Positions 35,248 through 47,487 of a stretch of DNA of 64,000 bases are shown here, piece after piece; within the stretch, counting starts at the first letter, position 1; the number at the start of each line of letters is the position of its first letter. This stretch comes from Chromera velia (Eukaryota). A program made the position numbers and the translations under genes. The stretch is taken from the NCBI GenBank assembly GCA_018398765.1, contig JAHBMJ010000377.1, positions 62,001-126,000 on the forward strand, in the 5' to 3' direction. The notes beneath the pieces were generated by a model. The model ran no database searches. It saw nothing but the letters and a program-made list of their open reading frames with translations, and was not told the origin of the DNA.

Positions 35248-38200
35248 CCTGTTTATCGCACACGTGGGGACTGTGCGTAGGGAAGCGTACATCAATAAGA
35301 GCACCCATTGGGATAGTATTGAACATCCGGCTAGTCGCGTGGTAGGCTATGCTCCTCTTGAGCTGAAAAAGAATTGTTCGATCGGCAAGCAACACAGCGC
35401 AATGCCCAGCTACTGTTGCGCATACTCCAATTATACCTCTATGCCTGCATAAGGCTCTCTTCTACCGTCCACACAAACATAATCCTTTAGTCAGTTGCAG
35501 CCACTTCGGCCACACTTCAGCGCTCTGCTTCCCCGGTCATGAACACGAATTTTCATTCCATTCCATCGATATGTTGGTCAGAAAGGCCAGCCATCATTGT
35601 TCATCGCGAACAACTATTGTCGAGACCATCTCTCTGCAAACCCACCTTATGGTCAGTTGGCTTTCCACTCTCAAACTCGCTTTTTTTCTCGACGGCCACT
35701 GTCTTTTGTCACGGAGCTTGCTCCATAGCCCATATGCAGTCTGGTTCTGAGAAGCCATGCATGGGCTTGATGCCATCAACCCTTAGACAGGCTGTGGCGC
35801 GTTTATCACTCGACCTGAGTACTCCTATTCTCAGAGCACTCTCTAATTCCATATGAATACATCCTTTGCATGTAGATCATCCCTGTACGTTGCCTTTCTG
35901 GTAAAGGTTTTTGGCGCATGATGCTTTTTGCCGTCGTTTCGCTGTGGTTTTCACGGTGTTGAAACAGAAGTCAGTCTGAATTCAGTACGTACTATACGTC
36001 TATTCAGAACATCTCCGGCTTCACGCCAAGTCTATATAGTACTTCCCAACTGCTTTTTGCAGCTGTTTGTCTGCTTTCCAATGTGCAAACGGACGTAAAA
36101 TTCAAAAATTTGGGACTGCATAGTGCTGAAGCTGTACGCCTTTGGGGGCCCTTGTACACTGTACCTATGGCGCTGCATCGGTACAACAAACTCAAGTCAG
36201 TAAAGCTGGAAAGCAGTCTTTCAGACTCTTTTCTACCTTTTTGCAGCCTGTGCGATATCATACGCAGCATTGAAGCTTGTTCTACCGATGAGTAGAAGAA
36301 TGTAGGTAGGCGAGCTTGTAACAATAACCTATACACTTCATTAAACTTTCCGGCCCTCTGACGCTTTATATCCAAGACTGCTAGCCATCTCGGTTCTTGC
36401 AAGCTGTACATAACCAGGAAAGTTTAGCAAAGGTCTCTTTACGGTAAAGATAGTTAGTAACTCTACATAACTTTTTGATATTTCTTTTTTTGCAGTTCAT
36501 TTGGACTTCTTCAATTCACATCGACATGCCATCCCCCGAGGACAGTGCTAAGCTGCTCAACGACGGATATCAAAATATATCCAGTGAGTCTACATAGAAG
36601 GTGGTTATCAAATCATCTTCTACACTTTTCTTGCAACTGCATACTTCAGCGCTAAATTATCTATAAGTATCTCATGCGTGTCTCTTATTTTTTATTTAAA
36701 AAAAATTTTATGACCAGAATCTTCTTTTCGACATGTATCACAAGAGAAAAAAAAAGAAAAATTAATCGATATCCAAAATGGTCAGCAATAGCTTGCGGTC
36801 TATGCTCAGTTCTATAGAAAAGCAGGGTTCATATTTTTCACCTTCACCCACGTCCAAATCCCACCGGACCCCGAAACTGGAGAAAAGAAGAGAAAGATAT
36901 TTTATCCACCCCTAAAGTGGTCCGAGATTACGAATGAAAATATGGATGCGTACATTGATCTAAAAAAGCATGAGGGCATTGCGCTTCTTATGGGTGAGAA
37001 AAGTAATTTGACTGTTTTTGATTTTGATCGTCGAAATGAATACGAAAGGGCCGTTAGAGAAAACCCTAAGCTGAAAGAGCACCTGACAGTCCAGACGTGA
37101 TGAGGCTTTCATATATACTTTCGATATAACCAAAAAGTTCCAAACCAAAGTGAGGTGCTGTTAGAGTATAAAAAGGTTGACGCACGGTCTGAAGGTGGGC
37201 TGCTGATTGCTCCCCCAACGACCGTGTACATTGAGAAAGGAAGCGAGACCTTTCAGTATGCATTTATTTCGGGGGATGAAACACAGGCTCCATTCCAGCA
37301 TGCATAAAATATACTAGGCGGAGGCCTTCTCCAGCCAGTTCCATATTTTTTTCTTGATGCGATGGTACACGTCGCTTCTTCTAAGAGAAAGGCCCAAGCG
37401 AATCTCAGCCTACCATCAAACGCCCCCCCATCACCAGTCGACAATACCTACATGCTAGCAGAAGCCTGTTCACTTTCACAAAAGATCGATGCGGTCGCTA
37501 CAGAGATTAAAAATTTGTGTGATTGCCTTTTGGATGAGCGGGTACAAAGCTATCAACATTGGATCGATATCGGTCATACAATCAAGAATGAATTAGAAAA
37601 AGCTGGCTGTCAGCTCTTCCACACATTTTCTGAAAAGTGCCCGGCCAAATACGATTCATACGAGTGCAACAAAAAGTTTGATTCGTTTCTGTATCGGGCG
37701 GGAGGGAAGCAACGTTTAATGAAAGCCTCCCTCCACATGTGGGCCTACGAAGACAATTCTCAGCTATACACCAAGACGATTGCTGAAGCGGCAGCTATCA
37801 AAGTGACCCATCTCCTTTTCCCTTCCCCAGGTACTAAAAGGTCTCATCGCAAAACCCTGCCTCTGCTTTTAGCTTCAACTCATATAGAAGCAGGATAGCT
37901 GCTAAGAACAATTTTGGCTGACCGGCTGAAATGCTGCCGGGGAGAATTTTTTTTCCGAGAGGGTCATCGGTGGGAATCTTGCCCTAGATCTTGCCCCATG
38001 CAGGTCGATAATGCCCTCTTGGGTATCTGTCTCCAAATAAACATCCGAAAGGCCCTCTCTGCAGAGAAGAGTGCATTCTTCTCCCAAAATGTCCTTACCA
38101 CAAAAAATATTATTGAAGCACTGAAGTGCTGTGCCCGACAGGACAATAACCAAGATAACGCGCTGTACGACCATCTTCATCGCAGCTCAATTTTGAAAGG

Positions 38201-40046
38201 GGAAGGTTTATTTCAAAAATGGTGTGTATAACCTTCCTAGCCAAACTTTCACCCCATGGGCACAGATTGGCAGCAGCATTGATACAACCATCATTATTAA
38301 TTATGACTACGATTCCACAACTGACTGTACTGACAATTAAAACTTTTATACTAGAAAGTGACTTTTAATTTTCTATATATCACACTAAATTTTATATAAA
38401 AAACTAAGTCTTTAAAGTACTTAGAATGATTTTATTTATTGTTTTTTACCTGCATGAAAGTATGAACAACTTTTAAAGATAAGGTTTAATAGGTTTGTGG
38501 TGTGTATGTTGGAAATTGTTGGACGTGAGTGAGGTGAAAGAGTTATAGTATGTTGATATGTCGGGGAATAATTGTAAACTCTGCAGGTATGTGACAATAC
38601 GCAGTGTAATGCACAAACAAGCTAACTTTTACTTTCAATGGAATACGCCGAATCCACATACTGATGTAAGAAGCGAGCACACAGTGGGCAACCCCCATGA
38701 AAGGTAAGAATGAATGTCCACAAACAGATCTGCCGATTTGACACCCACAGAAAGCAGTTCAACCAAACAAATGTTGAGCACTATGACCGTGCAAGAGGTA
38801 AATGCTTAGCTTCTGAAAGCTTGATCGATCCATGGCCTCTAGCCAGAGGGCTTTGCCCATGACCGGCCATCATAGCGTTCTTATTTTTTCTGGATGAGGC
38901 CCGGCACTGGCCACTGGGTCTTAGTCCACCCAGGAGCCCTACCTCCAAATTCTTATGCAAACAAGAGCTGCGCCTCACTCCCACAACTTCAGATTACCCG
39001 AGATTACCAGCTGTAATGCTTTCTCACGAAACCCAAGCACCAACAAACGGTCCTCCGAGAAAAGCTCAGTCTGACCTGCAGCACAGATATACAAAAATTC
39101 ATAAAGTGGCTCACCTTCTGGCCATCCAGAGCTGGCCTCCTCATCCAGAAAGCCTTTCCAGCTCCTTATCTAGAGCTTGTTAGAGCGCACGCATAAAACA
39201 GATTCAATGGAAGCTTTACTGGGGCAACTTGCGTGGAGACGGGCCGTGCCTTTCGTGATGGAAGATCGAAATTGCCCTCTCAGGGCAACCAGTAGAGTAA
39301 ATATTATAAACCCAAGAAAAAGCAAAGAAGCCAATCCTCTGGGCTTTCGATAAAGCCTACTTTCATCGTTGGAGAGCAAGTCTGTGTGATGGGAGAGAGG
39401 CAGCACTAGGTTGTGCTCTGATTGACTTGAAACATTCGACGGAAAGCCGATTTTGGGAGCCGATTTTAGATTGGCCAACCATGTGATGGCCCCGGAAGGC
39501 AAGCTACATGTTGTGGGCCAGGGTCCGGCCGGCCACCAAGGCTAAAAAGCACTTCCCGGCTGCACGCTGACCCATCAAAATGCCGATCTAAAAATTTTTT
39601 AGTAAAGTCTTCAGAAAGTTCTCCTCCAATCAGAAAGTCAGGTCAACAGAATGGGCCTCTATCCACAAAATCTCGTTGTCAAGCATTCCATTGGATTGTA
39701 TTGGAAGGCTTGACAACGACGAAATCGTGTTCAGCTTATTATTCCAGAACCTCATTTTTGGAGGGGTTACAGATTCCGGATTTTTGTCCCCCTCCGGTAT
39801 CTGTGTTGGCTGGACACCTCTGGTTGCTCGTGAGAGTGATTGCCTCGGTGCAAAGGAGTTGTCCGACAATTAGAAGGGTTGCCGGACTGGTTTAGATCGC
39901 TCAATCAGGTCAGTTCGTTTTATATCGTTCCACCAGCAACAGGAGGGGGTGAACCCTCTCACAGAGGTATGAAACGGCCAAATTTGGTACCTTTAGTAGA
40001 AAGGGGGGGTCCGACCTGCTCTGCAGGTTTGCGTCCAAAATGTTGC

Positions 40047-40395
40047 TTTCCTAATTTCGGCTTTCCTGCCTGCCTGATTGCCTTCCCTATTTTAGCTTTC
40101 CTTCCTGCCCAAGTTTCCTTTTAACGCTTCCTAATTTCGGTCATCCTGCTTGCCCGATAGCCTTCCCAATTTTATTCTTCCTGCTGGCCCGACTGTCTTC
40201 CCAAGTTCGGCCTTCTTGTATATCTGACTGCCTCCCAGAGTTCGTTCTTTCTGCCTACATGCCTGCCTTCCAATTTCGATTTTCTTGATGGCCTGACTGC
40301 CTTCCAATTTCGGCCTTCCTGCCTGCCTGATTGCCTTCCCGATTTCGGCCTTCCTGCCCGTCCGATTGCTTTCCTAATTTCGGTCTTCCTGCTTT
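40047..40395. repeat. Degenerate ~34-bp tandem repeat (CCTTCCTAATTTCGGCCTTCCTGCCTGCCTGATTG-like)
   Basis: Visible periodicity inside the 2.8-kb element. Confidence 0.7.
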
Positions 40396-40946
40396 CATAT
40401 ATCATTCTGATGCAAATTAAAGATACAGGTTATATTTGCATGCATGCTTTTATGTGTATTCTGGCGATTCGACTAACTTTCTGTTTATGTGTACGTATTT
40501 TTGCAGGTGGCGTTCACGGGTGTGCATGTTTGATATATACGGAGATGCCCCCCCNNNNNNNNNNNNNNNNNNNNTACCCGTGACACGCCCGCCGTTGAGC
40601 AGTGCCTCATATGAATTGAAAACAAAACAGTTATGATCATGAAAAGAAATGCTTCAATCAGATCGATTCAGAGCCATTCAGATACATTTCTTATTGTGTT
40701 TTCATCTTAGCGTTAATTTACGATGATAGGTACTAGACAATTTATGGTTTTGAAAAAATATCTACTCTATGTATACATTTTTTTATTTTATTTTTTAAAC
40801 ATCTTACTAAGCTTAAATAGTCTTAAATGAATTATGAAAATCAATTAGTTTAAAGGTGTGTTGTGAGGCCGCGATTGATCAGCTGTATCAAGGTGATCGA
40901 AGTCACGCCTATTTTCGTTGCTGGTAGTCGTAGGATGGAACAAATC

Positions 40947-41014
40947 GACAAACTAGGTTAGATCCGCCTCTCATACATGGGGACGCGGCATGCATGAAAA
41001 AACCCTCAATCATC
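40947..41014 (-). repeat. ~68-bp dispersed repeat, copy 3
   Basis: Aligns to the 17291 and 18044 copies. Confidence 0.75.
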
Positions 41015-42393
41015 GTTTAAAGGTTAAACTATCTATTTTAATGTTTTAAAAACTAAATTTTTTAGTCACTTTCCAGTATAAAAGTTTTAATTGTCAGTAC
41101 AGTCAGTTCCACGCCGAACGACGAAGTGCGCGTTCAGGTTTTTGAAGCTGCATTTGAAGAACAGGCCGACTTGTTTCTCCACTTTCTTGCCAGAGCAATT
41201 GGGGGCCATGTTGAAGATAAACATTGGGGAAGATGTATGGGAGAGTGAAATTCAGGGAAAGGCGTCACCAGCACTCTTTTGCAGAACACGTTTGAGAAGT
41301 ACGTCATCAATCCTCTTTCAGAAAATTTTTTGATGGCCTCGTTCCATACAGATCCCGCCAAAGAAGGTGGATGGATACTGGACGCCGAGTTTGCCCGCTT
41401 AGCACTTACCCAGGAAATTCAGATGGACGCCTCTAATAAAGTGGTCAAGATTTAAAATTTAATGGTAATCTGATCAAACGTTTTGCTTCCGGTGGAGATG
41501 TGCTATGCGCACGACGTTTGTATAACAACGCCCGAGAATTTCGGATTGACACCGGCCTGTCTGCTGAAGTTCTGTAACGACTGCCTTCCGATTGAGCCTG
41601 TCGATGCTTGCGAGACAATGTTTTCTTTTGAAAGCCTAAATAAGTTCAAGTCAGCCGCCTGGTTTGAGTAGCAACGATCGGATTATGGCCATACAGACAA
41701 CTATCTGTCCAGGTATAAAATGGTAGACCCCGATATCAAGGAGAAGTATGCAACTGCCAGGTGGATCCATGCTTGCTACCACCTGATTTTCCATCATTAC
41801 CAAACCTCCGCTTTGATATTGCCTCCCGATATTGAAGATCCTGTGGTTGACAGTGAGCGATATCCCGAAACCATCTGTGAACAGTGTTTTCAAATTATGG
41901 GGATCGAGACAGATATCGTCAGCAATAGTGACTTGGAGTTGTTTATTTGTCAACAAGACCTCAACATCATAAAACTCAGGCTGCAACAAATACTTAAAAG
42001 AATAGGCAGAGGCCAGATACGACCTTGGCGGAGAAATAACCAGAGAGGCCTTTGTGGTTTCAAGCTAGCACCGCCTGATAACACTCATTTCGCCTTTTAG
42101 CGTGATACACTGTTCGTGCCTTCATGTGTTGAAGCTTTAACCAAGCAGGATCTAAGTGTTTTTCTGTATACCACCTTCACTGTCCATCTTGAATCTTTTC
42201 TGGGAAGCAAGTCCGGTAAAGATGCATCGCACGTCGTTATGCTTCTATGGTTTTCATGTGGAACTTTACTTATATATATTATGTACATAGCAATGATAGA
42301 CATAGGCGTTTTTCAGAAGTGGGTGTTATCTTAGAAGTCCTTTGATAACCTCTGTAGCACCTAGCTCCCCACTAGTCCTCGTCCATAAACTCA

Positions 42394-44172
42394 TCAAGCT
42401 CTTTTTGTAGACTTCCGGATGGTTCTGTCTTCTGTGCAAGTAAAGAACCGCTGCTCAATCTGGAGCTGCCAGGGTGGGCCTGTGAAGAATAGGCCTTTAT
42501 CCACCGGGGAGATTGAGGAGAAGGAAGGCAAACTATATGCGTACGAGAAGCCAGACTCTGATTGGCATTGCGGAGCCCTTTGTGCTGCCAAAGATGCTGC
42601 GGCGGCTGCTCTGCACCTCCAACATCCGTAGGAGAGAAAGGCGAATCGTTTCAAATTGAATGCAATCCGGGGATACTAATGGCCATCTTTGCTAGAGGGG
42701 ATCCCAAAGAGATTCAGCGGCTGTGCATAGTGGTATTGCTGAGGTGGATCACGGAAGCTAGCAGGCATGCTAAAGGCAAAATCAGGTTCGGGGTTATTTG
42801 TTTCTCCTGTGCTAAATGTGGGATGAAGACGTGCAAGTTCAAGCTGCAGATGCGGTGGGAGGTGCGTTTTTAGAAAGTTCTTCAGCTCCACGCTTGGTGA
42901 CCAGCTTATGGGGGGGCAAAGCTTTGTTTCATCGCCGGTCTCAAGCTTTATTCCTGACTCCTGCATTATTATAATAAGAGCAGTAGCGCGGTCCATGGAA
43001 TCCTCTACCTCAGAAAAATTGAGGACTGCCAGGCGTTCGTCAAGCAGCTGGACGTCTTGTCTCACTTTATGATGGTACTCAACAAGCAGGCAGTCCCCGG
43101 TGCCCTGGAAGTTTGATACTGGAATCCATTGTGGAATCTGATTATTTGGGCCTAATGGGTAGTCTTTCCATTGAACCTTATACTGATTGCGCCTCTCGTC
43201 GTAGTCAAGAATTTTCTCAACCTCCTACTCTGCGTCATCAGAAGATTGGGAAATCATTGAGTCTGGCTCTTTGCCTGTATTTCAGATTTGAGATGGAAGC
43301 ATGCCTTTGACTCTGAGGTATTGATGAAACAGATCGAGATCGCCGCTTCCTTGAACCTTGTAATCAAGGCCCGAAGCCTAGCGCAATTCTTGAATGCTCA
43401 TTCGCATGATCTGTTCGTCTGCTCTTTTTTTTGCCGCTGACGTGCTGTCTATTTAGCTTTCGATTCTTCTTGACTCAGGGCAATGTTCTTCGGGATTTGG
43501 TGCTCTTCATCCAGGATTCCCAATTCTGTATAAAGGTCATAATTAGGTGAAAAATGTGTATCGAACCATAATAAGTATGAGTCGATTCGGTAAACCTGCT
43601 TCACGACCTGGTCGCGAAAAGACCGGAACGTTGCTAGTACATGTGCATGGGAAACGTTAATTAGCCATTCTTGGCGGAACTCAAAAATCTATACTAGGCT
43701 TTTGAGCTTATAGTCGCTGAATAAATCAAAAATCAATCGCACTGCACACACTCCTAAATTTTTGGCAAAGCCTCTTTGAAAAGTGAATTTTGTGGTTTTT
43801 AAAGGGGGTTTTAGGGTGGTTTTAGGGGGGTTTTTGCCCCTCAGAAGAAGACTTTTTGCCTAAAAATGAATTTTTAGCAGCTTATGACCAAAATTAACGT
43901 AAACCAATGGTTCATGAGTGCATGCAGCGCGGGATCAATCGTTCAAAATGATTTAGCCACGTTTGCGTGACCCCAGGCCGAAACACTAGGATATAAATGA
44001 TATTGAAACCCCACGGATAGCATAAATGGTACTGGTCCAGTCTCCGGTCAGGATTTTTTAACGTGCTACCAATTTTAATAAGCAACAGAGATGCTAGGAA
44101 AGGATTTTTCAACGTATACAAAATTGGGCGGTTTATGTTGATCAAATAGGTGATAGCTCCACCGGCCGGCAT
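42394..44172 (-). pseudogene. GIY-YIG (T5orf172) - chromodomain fusion, copy 2
   Basis: MPAGG...ILYTLKNPFLASLLLIKIGSTLKNPDRRLDQY. The chromodomain core is open after the TAG at 43225-27: EVEKILDYDERRNQYKVQWKDYPLGPNNQIPQWIPVSNFQGTGDCLLVEY. Confidence 0.8.
43740..43929. mobile_element. 190-bp CACTG-ended MITE (EnSpm/CACTA-like), 2-bp TSD CG
   Basis: CACTGCACACACTC ... GAGTGCATGCAGCG (11/14 inverted match); absent from copy 1. Confidence 0.75.
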
Positions 44173-47100
44173 ATTTTTTTCCTTTTATCTTACAAGGCGG
44201 GGTGTAGAGGCAATAAGCTACACGGCGCGATTCCACATGCACAACGCTAAATTATGGAGATGCTCAGCGACCCGTTGATCAAAACACAGGAGGTTGGTGT
44301 TTTTATTCCACAAGAGAGACTCTAGGGTCCCTCTCTATTATAAAAATGCGATACGCATCATACGGTAGTTCTAGAAGGCTGCAAAGTTGCGCTAACATTG
44401 AAAAAGATGCTAGTGGAGCAACAGTATCAAAATCTAGGTTTCCTAAAAGCTGCGCTAGGACTACAGTCTGTACACGGACCTGCAGGCGGGACTCGGTAAT
44501 GCGTTTTAAGAGCCGTTCATATAGAACAGGGATGGTGGAAGGGAACAGGCCGTCGTGGACCACCATTAGAGCCTGGAAAGCCTACAACCACCATCCACCC
44601 ACGTATGCTAGCGTGGAAACACAGTCAAGAATGCCCATAGGTTGAAGACCATGCTCTAGCGATGTACTAGGAGAAGGTTCAACTAGGTCTACCGAAACAT
44701 CATCTTGTAAGCTTTCTAGTAAGCTTTCGTCTAGCGCATCTAGCAGGCTTGCTGAAGCCTCAATAATTTGAGTACTAGCGGTTACAAGCAGCACAAGGTG
44801 AAAAGTGACAACTAGATTGCTACTCGGGAACTGGTTGTAAAGAAAGTCGGCAATAAGCGCTTGGGCGGGCAAAGGGAAGATTTGATGCTTGATTTGTTCG
44901 AAATTATATTTTTCCATCCTAACTTACTGCATAATTTAATATTTCTCTAGATATTTCCTATTCAAAAACAAATTGTATATGTTAAAGCCTAGTTAAAGCC
45001 CTAAAAAACTACAGCTAATAAATTATTGGCTAGCTGGTCGATGATATATATACAAAGAGCACTAAACCAGGGGGATAGTATCTGTATTGAGGTTGTACTT
45101 GCAAGAAGCTGGCAACACATTCATGAATTTTACCTCCATATCTGTCTCTTCTTTTCGTTTCATCTCAATTTTCTTGTTTTAGCTGTCCGGCGATTCTGCG
45201 ATGTTCTTAGAGCTCTGTGCTGCCTGATCGACTCCTTGGGATGCTTCAAGATGTTCTGCCTCGGGAGATGCCGCTTGGGGGATGGCGCTTGCCAGTGGGG
45301 GTGCACCTGACGCCGCTGACAGTGTCCTTATCTGAGTCACTGAGCCTCTGTCGCGGCCCCAGCCTCTCTTTGCAAACAGGGTTGCTGAGGCAGAGGAGCT
45401 AACAATGGAAAAGGCAAGAGCGATGCCGAGGTTGCCCCAGTAGGTGCTGGAGGGGGCGCCGTCGTACCACGTAAGAACGATGGCCACCACACCGAGGATT
45501 GTAAAAATGATGGCACCAGCCCAAATTTCCCAGACTTATATCTTGTGCCCATCTGTCCTGCGTACACAGTGTTAAAAGATGTGACGTCTCATGTATCTTG
45601 GATAATGTTCTGACTCACGCGACCAAAAGGAGAAAAGATAACGCCTTTCCATTCCTCAAACGATACACAAAAAAGGAGGGCATGTACTAAACCATGGATG
45701 CGCACTGGACAAAGACAGATGAAGATCCAATCCGCGCCAATCCGAACGTCCAAAGGAAACGACGCGATCGACCTTGAGCCACGCACGTGAACAACCATCA
45801 GACACCTACGCCCTTCGCGAACCTTTCTTCGATGCACCGAACACCCGGAGGTCTCGAACCAACGGTCATTCGCGAAATTTTCGTTCGAACGACAAAAAAA
45901 AAAACGGAGAAGGCCCACAAACACTAGCTCAATCAAAAGCTTGGCAGACCACGCGGAACTGAGACCGGACGTCCTGATGTGAGCAGACACGCTCCACGCT
46001 CGCATGCTCAGGCTGCCTGACGATTTCATCCATACACCCATCACAACATAGCCGATCACACAACACACGCATGCACGTCAACTTAAAGAGATGAAGGTGC
46101 CGAATGTAGGATGGAGAATTTTTTGTTTGGGCGACAAGAAAAAGAAAAGGGGGGGGACACAGCGCTCAGGTTTCTCACACAGCCAGCCACTCATATATAT
46201 ATGGAGCACTCGCGCACTTCCATCTGGCGACGTTGAATGTATGCTGGAGAAAACGGGAAAGGCCCGCACACACTCAAAGCTCGACAGACCACGCAAAGCC
46301 ACAGCAGACAGGCAGGCACACACGCCCTCCATGGCTCGCATGCACGCTGTCTGACGGTTCCATCTATTATGACACACCCGACCAACAGCCACACACGGCA
46401 CGCGCATGTCAATCTAAAGAGATGGAGATGCCGAATGTAGGATGGAGAATTTTTCGTGCAGGCAAGGGCGCGACGGAAAAAGAAAAAAAACGGGAAGGGG
46501 AAGCCAGGTCGAGCCAGACGAGTCACACGCGGCTCAGGAGGAAACCAGAGAGCCGAAGTCCTAGAGGGTGACGGATGACACACGAAAAGAGAGCACACAA
46601 CGGAGGTACGAAGACCTGCCTGACGATCAGGGAGGCCAGCCAAGTAGACAATAGAAGAGCGTCATTTAGGAGACAAGATGTCAGGCGACAGCTGCAGAGG
46701 CGACGGCTCACAACGACGTTCAGGGGGTGCCTTGCATGGAGGGGCTGCCAGGAAAGCCACGTAACAGTCAAGAAAAAAAGGAAAAAGCTGTGCTGGGTAG
46801 CTACACAACAAAAAGGGAACCGGATGACCCACCTGCAGTTGTGGTCCGGGAGGCATTGTACTGGTCACTCAGGGCAATCTTGTTTTGTATGCTGGAGTCA
46901 TTAAACCCAGCTTCGTCAAACTCGTGCGAGATGAGCCACTGACGATACTCCACATTAAGACCTTGCCAAGCATTCCTATTGTACGCGTGCACAAGCCGAT
47001 TTCTTACCTCACGAGAAAGGGTCTATTCTGCATTTGAAACAAAAAACGTGAGGTGACATGACGAAATCGCGATTCGAGAAACATTGGAAAAGGCTCGAAA

Positions 47101-47487
47101 AAAGGACCCTCGGCAAATGGCAAGAGAGCGGCAGGGAAATCCGAGAGGGTGCTAAGTGAATAAAGCGGTGACAACTGGCAGGCAGTTCAGCCCATGCACA
47201 GAGACAACGGGGGGGGGATCACATGGATGATGCCCCCCCAAAATGGTGGGAAATTTAAAAGGGAAACTCAGGACAGACACACAAAGGTCATCATGAGGGA
47301 ACTCGATCTGGAACGAAAACAAAATTCCAGAGGCAATTCGGAGACAAAGAGAACAAGTCAGATCAACGACAGGAAATAAGAATGGCAAGTTCATTGCGAA
47401 AAGCGGGGAGAAAAAAGAAAAAGAGTCAAGAGAACAAAAGATGCGAAACGGCAGGATTGAAGACACAATGACCGACTATAGGCTGAC

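Larger units (their letters stand above)
38319..41108. mobile_element. ~2.8-kb TIR transposon, 45-bp TIRs, 4-bp TSD CCAC, decayed SWIM-finger-like coding remnant
   Basis: AACTGACTGTACTGACAATTAAAACTTTTATACT(A/G)GAAAGTGACT at both ends, inverted. Copy 1 has the empty site (GATTCCACGCCG, ~23833). Minus-strand FCGCQIGRSVCGH at ~38712-38752. Confidence 0.85.
36769..42100 (+). pseudogene. Prim-Pol/PriCT-2/D5 helicase, copy 2, split by a 2.8-kb TIR element
   Basis: Same motifs as copy 1 (GIALLMGEKSNLTVFDFD, GFHIYF, VDARSEGG); insertion at 38319-41108. Confidence 0.85.
20965..47188. mobile_element. ~26-kb integrated A-B-A element (decayed virus/plasmid-like replicon); A1 ~20963-29731, A2 ~35427-47190
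   Basis: A1 and A2 are collinear high-identity copies. AGCC lies at both outer junctions (20961-64 and 47189-92). The element sits in an intron of the Ariadne pseudogene and encodes primase-helicase and GIY-YIG-chromodomain remnants. Confidence 0.8.

Noticed and set aside
20965..47188. Classification as Polinton/Maverick, virophage, Helitron or LTR retrotransposon
   Set aside because: No pPolB, capsid, packaging ATPase, retroviral integrase, HUH Rep, reverse transcriptase or terminal inverted repeats were recognisable by eye. Decayed orphan ORFs could still hide such genes.
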